A DNA stretch of 64,000 bases from IMG/VR virus record IMGVR_UViG_3300047585_000208, positions 32,001-96,000 of that record; one strand, written 5' to 3'. Made by a program: the position numbers and the translations under genes. A model generated the notes under the pieces. That model searched no databases, was not told the DNA's origin, and saw only the letters and a program-made list of their open reading frames with translations. Numbering within the stretch: the first letter of the stretch is position 1; the number at the start of each line of letters is the position of its first letter. Shown piece by piece: positions 58,192 through 64,000 of the stretch. The stretch is from a virus.

Positions 58192-58488
58192 ATGGATACT
58201 TGGGTTAAAGACGATGAGGCCGGATGTGCTGACGGAAGTGGGGGATTTAAGGTAAGCATGTTTGGGCAGTTCGGGCACGGCTTTGGGTGTGGGGCTGCAA
58301 CTGGTAGCTGCAGCAGAAACGGAATTAATTGTGACGCAACGTTTTGTTCACCCGGCGATGAAGATGGAGATTCCGGCACTACTGGGGCGACATACGGCAG
58401 TGGCGACCTAGGTGGACACGTAAGAGGTTGGGGTTACGGAACCGAATTTGATCTTTATAAATATTGTGCTACTGCAGTTATCGGGTGA
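58192..58488 (+). CDS. Gly-rich micro-protein family
   Basis: AGGAGG RBS; ADGSGG...GHGFGCG...GWGYG. Confidence 0.55.
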   Translation: MDTWVKDDEAGCADGSGGFKVSMFGQFGHGFGCGAATGSCSRNGINCDATFCSPGDEDGDSGTTGATYGSGDLGGHVRGWGYGTEFDLYKYCATAVIG

Positions 58489-58492
58489 AAGC

Positions 58493-59635
58493 ATGCTTGC
58501 GGCAGACCCAGTCTCAAAACACTTTAACCGGCACCAAGAAGCCGAGCTTCGAGAAGAGCTCGAAGCTATGGCCAAAGGGCTTATCGTTTACGAGATTCAC
58601 GATCCAGAAGAGCTAATGCTCGATAAGGAATGCCGAACTAGAATTGGCGGCTATCGCTTAAGCCAAATAGCTTTTCAAAGAATTTGTCATTTGACTTGTA
58701 CCCGCATCTTTGACATGCTTAACGATCTATCCGGCGTAGATAGAAGCGAGCGTAATGTTCGATCTGACTACTCAGTTGAAGAGGCTGTCTGGGTTTATAA
58801 CCAGGTGGTCCGACGAAGGTTCGAGTCAAGGCTTGAGAAGCACTTTATTTCTCGCGATAGCCGAACTGGCACAATCGTTGGCATTATCGGTCCGAAGCAC
58901 AGCGGTCTTCGTCTTTTGGATGTTTACCAACAAGTAATAGCGCAGATTATGGTCGACGGGTCAAAGACAGTTAAGTTTCTTGAAGCTGACCTCAATGATC
59001 GCTGGCTTCTTCTGCGCTATTACTCGCCAAAGACAGTCGCGCTAACAACTGCTGACAAAGGGGAGAGAGACCGTTTTGTCGAGGGTTATCATTTTTCATA
59101 CCGTGAGGTAAATGGCAGCTCCGTTCGATCGGCTAAGATTTTGGTCAGAGAGCGAGGAATGACTTGCTCAATGTGGCCAATCTATGACATTCGTCAAGGT
59201 AAACCAAACGGTAAGAGCTACAAGAAAGAGCTCCAAAGTAACATCGAGCGAGTAATTAGTTTTCCTTTCGAAGAAGAGCTTGACTTTAATGCTCGAATTT
59301 CATATATGAAAGAGCAGCTACTTGGCGTTGGTAAAACAGACCCAGTAGCAGAGGATGACCGACGAACGGCGCTTGCAGGACAAATGTCAGGTTGCCTAAA
59401 GGGAACCTATAGGCACGTGTTTATTAGGGCGGTTAGGTCAATGCTAGCGAGGGGTAGTTATGACGCTGAGCCGCTTACATCTTTGACTTTATTCAGAGAG
59501 GCAGTTTCGAAGAGGACGCTTTATGATCTTTTTAATGCGGTTACAAGGGAAGCAAAAAAGCTGCCAATAGACATGCGTGAAATGGTTGAGCATGTTGCTT
59601 GGAAGCTATTGTGTGGAAGAATCGTTATCAGGTAG
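58493..59635 (+). CDS. Hypothetical protein (weakly DUF932-like)
   Basis: About 380 aa; LSQIAFQRIC...GIIGPKH...LYDLFNAVT. Confidence 0.5.
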   Translation: MLAADPVSKHFNRHQEAELREELEAMAKGLIVYEIHDPEELMLDKECRTRIGGYRLSQIAFQRICHLTCTRIFDMLNDLSGVDRSERNVRSDYSVEEAVWVYNQVVRRRFESRLEKHFISRDSRTGTIVGIIGPKHSGLRLLDVYQQVIAQIMVDGSKTVKFLEADLNDRWLLLRYYSPKTVALTTADKGERDRFVEGYHFSYREVNGSSVRSAKILVRERGMTCSMWPIYDIRQGKPNGKSYKKELQSNIERVISFPFEEELDFNARISYMKEQLLGVGKTDPVAEDDRRTALAGQMSGCLKGTYRHVFIRAVRSMLARGSYDAEPLTSLTLFREAVSKRTLYDLFNAVTREAKKLPIDMREMVEHVAWKLLCGRIVIR

Positions 59636-59644
59636 GAGACTTTT

Positions 59645-60481
59645 ATGGTTGGGGCTACGATGGTTAGGGAAAGAACACGCAAGGAAGAATTTGAAGACAT
59701 GGAGCTCGCTCGGGACGACATGAACGACGCGCTCCGTGAGCAGTACGACGGGATTTTTAGTCTGGTGTGCGATGACGCGAACACCCAGATTCAGCATTAT
59801 TGGCAGATTGGTAAAGTTGTTGACGACATTCTTGACAACGAGACAAAGTACGGGTCGGATGCGCTTAAGCGACTTGTGGCAGCTATGGGTAAGCAAACTC
59901 TTTCTTACTTTCATCGTGCCAGGAATCTTTATCAGCTGATTGACGAGATTGAGCTTAGGAAGATCCTTTCGTATAGGAGGAAGTATTCAAAACTGCCGGT
60001 TACGCTGTCGCACCTGTCAAGAATTACTGGTGTGACAGATCAAAGGAAACGACTAAAGCTGCTCACAGATCTTTGCGAGCAAGAACAGTCTTTTGATGAG
60101 TTTGTCGCGTCTGTCGATAAGACGCTTAATCGAACTATCGCCGAGCGTAACGCCGGTGGTCGGAAACACAAAGTGCCGGTTACTGCGATTGGCAAGGTCA
60201 GTAATTTCTGCGAGTCAGCTAGGTTCGTGTGTGCGAGGGCTGACCAGGTTTGGCTTAACGAGGATTACCTCTTCTCTAAAGCCATCTCTGAGACTGCCCC
60301 AGACAAGGTTACGCCAGAGCTAATCGAAACTATCGATCAAGCTATTGGCTGTGCTGTTGATCTGGAGTCTGCTGCCAAGAAGATTCGAAATGAAGCTGGT
60401 AAGGCTAGAGAATTAGCAGCTAAGATTGCTGCAACTCACGCCGAGCAGCTTGGTTATGCCGATGTGGAGGGAATTGAATGA
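59645..60481 (+). CDS. Hypothetical protein with DUF1016 N-terminal-like segment
   Basis: HYWQIGKVV...KYGSDALKRL...LSHL; AGGAG RBS. Confidence 0.5.
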   Translation: MVGATMVRERTRKEEFEDMELARDDMNDALREQYDGIFSLVCDDANTQIQHYWQIGKVVDDILDNETKYGSDALKRLVAAMGKQTLSYFHRARNLYQLIDEIELRKILSYRRKYSKLPVTLSHLSRITGVTDQRKRLKLLTDLCEQEQSFDEFVASVDKTLNRTIAERNAGGRKHKVPVTAIGKVSNFCESARFVCARADQVWLNEDYLFSKAISETAPDKVTPELIETIDQAIGCAVDLESAAKKIRNEAGKARELAAKIAATHAEQLGYADVEGIE

Positions 60482-61299
60482 GTCTCCCATCCGACTATAA
60501 CCGAAACCGATCTTGGATTCAGACCTTCACAGGTAAGCAGTTCTGGCCGCTTGAGCCAGACGCTGAGAGTGTCGACATTCGCGATATAGCGCATTCACTT
60601 GCTCTGAAGTGTCGCTTCTCTGGTCATACGACTTGCTTTGCTTCTGTTGCGCAGCATAGCGTAATGGCAAGTCTTAACATCGTGCCAGAGTTTGCTTTGT
60701 GGGCGCTCCTTCACGACGCCTCAGAAGCCTATGTGCCAGATATCGCGAGTCCAATAAAGCCGTGGATTAGCGGCTTCAAAGAAATTGAAGATAACATTCT
60801 CAAAGCTGTTGCAGCCAAATTCGGGCTCGTTTGGCCAATGCCGGACGCTGTCCACGAAATTGATTCTATTCTTCTGCTTACAGAGCGCCGAGATGTTATG
60901 CTGCCTACGAAACTACCGTGGGCGCAAATCTCGTTTAAAGCTAAAGGACTAAAGCCTCTTGAGGCTAAAATCAAACCCTGGAGCTGGCGCCGAGCGGAGA
61001 AAAAGTTTCTGAGCAGGTTTGAAGAGTTAGCAGGCGAGGCCAAACAAGAGGCCCCTGTTGACTACGCGAAGGTAAAAGCCCTTCGTGGTGGTGTAAAGCC
61101 AGTGGAAGAAGCCGATGACGACGATACATTCGTTTGTTTATCTCCAACAAAGGCTTCTCAAGTTTCATTGCACGATCCTGCCGAGTGTTTACCTAGGGCT
61201 GGCTCTTGCAAGACGTATGAACCTAACAGGCTTAGATTGTATGGTGATAAAGCTGGGCGTTGGGATAACGTAGTTAGAGCTCTTGAGGAGGATCGCTAA
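60478..61299 (+). CDS. HD-domain 5'-deoxynucleotidase-like phosphohydrolase (YfbR/YfdR type)
   Basis: IQTFTGK...DIAHSL...CRFSGH...SVAQHS...ALLHDASEAY. Confidence 0.85.
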   Translation: MSLPSDYNRNRSWIQTFTGKQFWPLEPDAESVDIRDIAHSLALKCRFSGHTTCFASVAQHSVMASLNIVPEFALWALLHDASEAYVPDIASPIKPWISGFKEIEDNILKAVAAKFGLVWPMPDAVHEIDSILLLTERRDVMLPTKLPWAQISFKAKGLKPLEAKIKPWSWRRAEKKFLSRFEELAGEAKQEAPVDYAKVKALRGGVKPVEEADDDDTFVCLSPTKASQVSLHDPAECLPRAGSCKTYEPNRLRLYGDKAGRWDNVVRALEEDR

Positions 61300-61505
61300 T
61301 GGGTGCCTGGGGCGAGTTCATTTCTTGTGAGTTAGTATTTGCGCTTATTTTTGGGCTTGTTGGCTATGGACTTGGTGAAAGCGCCAGAGCCGTTTCTTTT
61401 GGGGTGGCTTTTGGCCTGACTTTCGGTTTGCTTGTTCTTGGTGGTGGTACGCCGGCTGTTGAAGAAGTAGAAGACGAGCCAGTTGAAACTCCTAAACCTG
61501 AGTAA
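61299..61505 (+). CDS. Small membrane protein with acidic tail
   Basis: Two hydrophobic segments; stop lies in the palindrome. Confidence 0.5.
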   Translation: MGAWGEFISCELVFALIFGLVGYGLGESARAVSFGVAFGLTFGLLVLGGGTPAVEEVEDEPVETPKPE

Positions 61506-61557
61506 TGCATTACTCAAACCCTTGGTAGAGGGTTTTTATCTACCAGAAGGGGCGGCT

Positions 61558-61758
61558 ATGAAAGTTGTTTGTGCTTGGTGTAGGGTTCACATGTCTGGGC
61601 CAAGCGAAGATTTGGTTATTAAGCCGGGTTTGTGTAGTGATTGTTACACAAGGCTTGAAAAGGAAATTGAAGAAACTAAGGCCAGCGCTATAGAAGAAGT
61701 AAAGAGCCGCATCATGGAGGTTGACTCTGGTAAAGAAGATGTGGAGTATTGTGAGTAA
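61558..61758 (+). CDS. Small zinc-finger protein
   Basis: VVCAWC...GLCSDC. Confidence 0.55.
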   Translation: MKVVCAWCRVHMSGPSEDLVIKPGLCSDCYTRLEKEIEETKASAIEEVKSRIMEVDSGKEDVEYCE

Positions 61759-61862
61759 TGACACACGATGGCTTCACAACTGGACAAGCGTCAAAGTATA
61801 TCAAAAGGCACCCTAAGACCTTGCAGACGCTTGATCGTGCCGGCAGATTGCCGGCCAAGTGA
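61758..61862 (+). pseudogene. Truncated IS607 TnpA (MerR-type HTH only)
   Basis: MTHDGFTTGQASKYIKRHPKTLQTLDRAGRLPAK* resembles the IS607 TnpA N-terminus; serine-recombinase domain absent. Confidence 0.6.
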
Positions 61863-61981
61863 GCTTCGACTTGCTTGATCTTGAACAGCAACGAAAATGT
61901 TTTCATTACACGAAGCTTCAACCGTTATGGGCGGCTGATAATCATCGCAAGGGAAAACGCGCTCAAAGAAGTATTAAAGAC

Positions 61982-63142
61982 GTGAACCTGACACACAAGA
62001 TATCCCTGGACGCCACGTTCAAGCAACGGCATTATTTTGCCCGCGCTGCTGGTACGTCCAGGTTTGTTTACAACCACGCTTTAGCCGAATGGAATCGTCA
62101 ATACTCGGCCGGAGGCAGGCCAACTGCTAACGCCTTGAAGCTGCAATTCAATGCGACGTACAAGGAACTATGGCCCTGGATTGAGGATGTTCACCGCGAT
62201 TGCCATTCCCAACCTTTTGCAGATCTTGGCAAAGCGTTCGGCAATTTTTTCAAGGGCCTGGCCAAACGGCCAGTGTTCAAGAAACGCGGTAAAAGCAGGG
62301 CGTCATTTTACGTCGCCAATGACAAGTTTAGCGTGCGTGGCAACACGGTGAGGTTGCCAGTGATCGGCAAAGTGAAGATGCGAGAAGCGTTGCGGTTCAC
62401 CGGCAAGATCAATTCGGCCCGCGTGGTTGAAGAGTGCGGCCAGTGGTTCATTTGTATTTCTGTGGACGTTGGTGAGTTCAGTAAGCCACGCACTGGAGAC
62501 AGCGTTGTGGGCGTGGACGTTGGCGTTAAAGTGTTGGCCACGCTCGACACGGGCGAACAGATTGAGAATCCCCGTCCGCTCAAGAAGGCTCAGAAAAGAT
62601 TACGCCGAGCAAACCGAAAGCTTGCCCGTCGCGTGAAGGGGTCGGCCAACAGGAATAAACAGCGGCAGGTTGTGGCCCGCATCCACCGCCGCATTCGTAA
62701 TATCCGTCACGATGTTCTGCACAAATTCACGTCGCGGCTGGCCAAAAACCACGGCACAGTCGTGATCGAAGACCTCAACGTCAAAGGAATGGTGAAAAAC
62801 CATTGTTTGGCGCAAGCGATCAGCGATGCTGGGTTTGGCATGTTCCGTCAATTTCTCGGCTACAAGGTCGTGATACACGGAACGCGGATTGTCGTGGCGG
62901 ATAGGTTTTATCCCAGTTCGAAGATGTGTTCGCGCTGCGGAAGAGTCAAGTCTGAGCTTTCACTCAGCGAGCGAGTGTTCATTTGCGAATGCGGTAACGT
63001 TATTGACCGCGACTGGAACGCCGCTTTGAACCTGAAACAACTAGGGGCGGCTAGCCCCGAAGTAACGCCTGTGGAGTCGTCATGGGGCGACAGTGAAGCA
63101 GGAACTACACCGCGAGCAGACTCACGTTTGCTCACAAGGTAG
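61982..63142 (+). CDS. tnpB: RNA-guided endonuclease TnpB (IS607 type)
   Basis: HKISLD...AGTSRFVYN; GVDVG; VIEDL; FYPSSKMCSRCG...CECG; DRDWNAALN; probable GTG start at 61982. Confidence 0.92.
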   Translation: MNLTHKISLDATFKQRHYFARAAGTSRFVYNHALAEWNRQYSAGGRPTANALKLQFNATYKELWPWIEDVHRDCHSQPFADLGKAFGNFFKGLAKRPVFKKRGKSRASFYVANDKFSVRGNTVRLPVIGKVKMREALRFTGKINSARVVEECGQWFICISVDVGEFSKPRTGDSVVGVDVGVKVLATLDTGEQIENPRPLKKAQKRLRRANRKLARRVKGSANRNKQRQVVARIHRRIRNIRHDVLHKFTSRLAKNHGTVVIEDLNVKGMVKNHCLAQAISDAGFGMFRQFLGYKVVIHGTRIVVADRFYPSSKMCSRCGRVKSELSLSERVFICECGNVIDRDWNAALNLKQLGAASPEVTPVESSWGDSEAGTTPRADSRLLTR

Positions 63143-63156
63143 AAAGCAGTTGAAAA

Positions 63157-63567
63157 ATGTTGGTAGTCACTGCAAGTCATCTTGATATCGAGAGTTACAG
63201 GTTTGCTAAACACAAGCCTGCTGGAATCATTAACCGGAACACCAAAGAGAATTGGTGTGTCCGTCAGACCGATACAGATTCCGCCCTTTCACCAAGGCAC
63301 CTTTGGACGACAGTCGAAGACCATGTTCATATCCCGGTGCATCAGTACACAGCTCCAGCTGGAACAGACGTACAGCCTATTGGGCTAGGGATCAGTATTG
63401 GCTGTACCGCTGTGAACGACTTCTACGCAGACTATAAAAGACAGTTTCCGGATGCAAGGATTATCCGACTTCACCTAGTTCTTGGGCACGAGCCTAAGCT
63501 CCGTGGAGGAGTATTAGCGTTTTGGGTAGGATTTGCCTTCCTTGTGGAGGGCGTCCGATTTGATTAA
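63157..63567 (+). CDS. Hypothetical protein
   Basis: 136 aa ORF. Confidence 0.5.
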   Translation: MLVVTASHLDIESYRFAKHKPAGIINRNTKENWCVRQTDTDSALSPRHLWTTVEDHVHIPVHQYTAPAGTDVQPIGLGISIGCTAVNDFYADYKRQFPDARIIRLHLVLGHEPKLRGGVLAFWVGFAFLVEGVRFD

Positions 63568-63659
63568 AAGGAGGAATTACGAGCGTACCAATAGTCTCTG
63601 GTCGTTACTGGTGCACTTATCGCAGTAGTTGAGTAACGCATTACTCAAAAGGAGAAAGT

Positions 63660-64000
63660 ATGGAAGCTGCAGAAGAAACTTTGAAGGAATTAAATGAAAT
63701 GCTTGCTGAAGATGATTTGACTGCACATGACCCGACGGCTGCCGCTTTTAGCGACTTGCGCGAAACGTCGGCACAGCTAAGGATCGCTATTGGACAGTTT
63801 AGTAACGTCTCTGTAGCTTATTACAAGCTTCATGACGAAGCCGCTAATGAAGGCGAAGTACCGGATTCGAATGTTATCCTTGAAGTCGATAATGAGCGGT
63901 TTCGAGTAGACAGCCTCTCGGCAAGGGAGGCCGCACTGTTTCTTACTGAGCGAGCTTTAGTAGAGGCTTTCCGACGAGTGGAGGAACTTAGCACTCGTGG
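63660..64000 (+). CDS. Hypothetical protein, runs off the end of the window
   Basis: Palindrome, AAGGAG and ATG 63660; open to the window end. Confidence 0.55.
   Translation, partial: MEAAEETLKELNEMLAEDDLTAHDPTAAAFSDLRETSAQLRIAIGQFSNVSVAYYKLHDEAANEGEVPDSNVILEVDNERFRVDSLSAREAALFLTERALVEAFRRVEELSTR

Larger units (their letters stand above)
61758..63150 (+). mobile_element. Degenerate IS607-family element (boundaries approximate)
   Basis: tnpA HTH remnant plus intact tnpB; 3' end contains GAAGCAGGAA, typical of tnpB right ends. Confidence 0.65.
8..63647. repeat. Dispersed 18-bp palindrome family, consensus TGAGTAA-(Y)GC(R)-TTACTCA, about 34 copies
   Basis: Copies read directly (start of each 18-mer): 8, 1763, 4748, 8828, 10519, 15755, 17362, 18565, 21239, 21555, 21877, 22196, 22515, 23773, 26187, 29380, 31475, 33706, 35626, 35935, 37500, 39262, 40631, 41674, 49055, 49387, 49658, 52958, 56048, 56375, 57431, 57821, 61499, 63630. 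Counted by eye, so weaker copies may be missed. Confidence 0.97.

Noticed and set aside
61752-61760. Half palindrome TGAGTAATG as evidence that IS607 inserted into a site
   Set aside because: The matching right half is not found after tnpB; it can be explained as an ordinary GAG-TAA/ATG overlap
8-63647. Palindromes as intrinsic terminators or classical integron attC sites
   Set aside because: No U-tracts, AT-rich arms with a very short loop, no GTTRRRY/RYYYAAC boxes and too short for attC
1-64000. Alternative genetic code (stop codon reassignment)
   Set aside because: Core genes are full length in the standard code, and TAA, TAG and TGA all end genes

Overview
A 64 kb segment of a large, probably contractile-tailed dsDNA phage. 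The host is most likely a Planctomycete, because the window carries planctomycete-type genes: a DUF1559 prepilin-like protein, two CxxCH cytochrome c-type proteins (one with a TIGR03000-like domain), a PPC-domain secreted protein and RimI. Genes are almost all on the + strand. In order: sigma factor and baseplate/tail module (0-14.7 kb, interrupted by host-like genes and tRNA-Gly); accessory region with an Rnl1 RNA ligase and tandem paralogs; GpA-like terminase large subunit (- strand); accessory membrane proteins and a TnpB element; replication/recombination module (Mre11, Rad50, SF2 helicase, DnaB, DnaG, UDG-PolA fusion, SSB-like, RecA-like, HD nucleotidase); and a second, IS607-type TnpB. 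The most striking unexplained signal is an 18-bp palindrome, TGAGTAA-N4-TTACTCA, of which I counted about 34 copies by eye. It mostly sits at gene junctions, supplying the upstream stop codon and/or abutting the downstream RBS. Several copies are followed 5-8 nt later by a covarying hairpin, and four lie inside coding sequence. It brackets expanded small-gene families, including about 12 Gly-rich micro-proteins, a 5-gene tandem array and small membrane proteins. All product calls come from motif recognition, not database searches.
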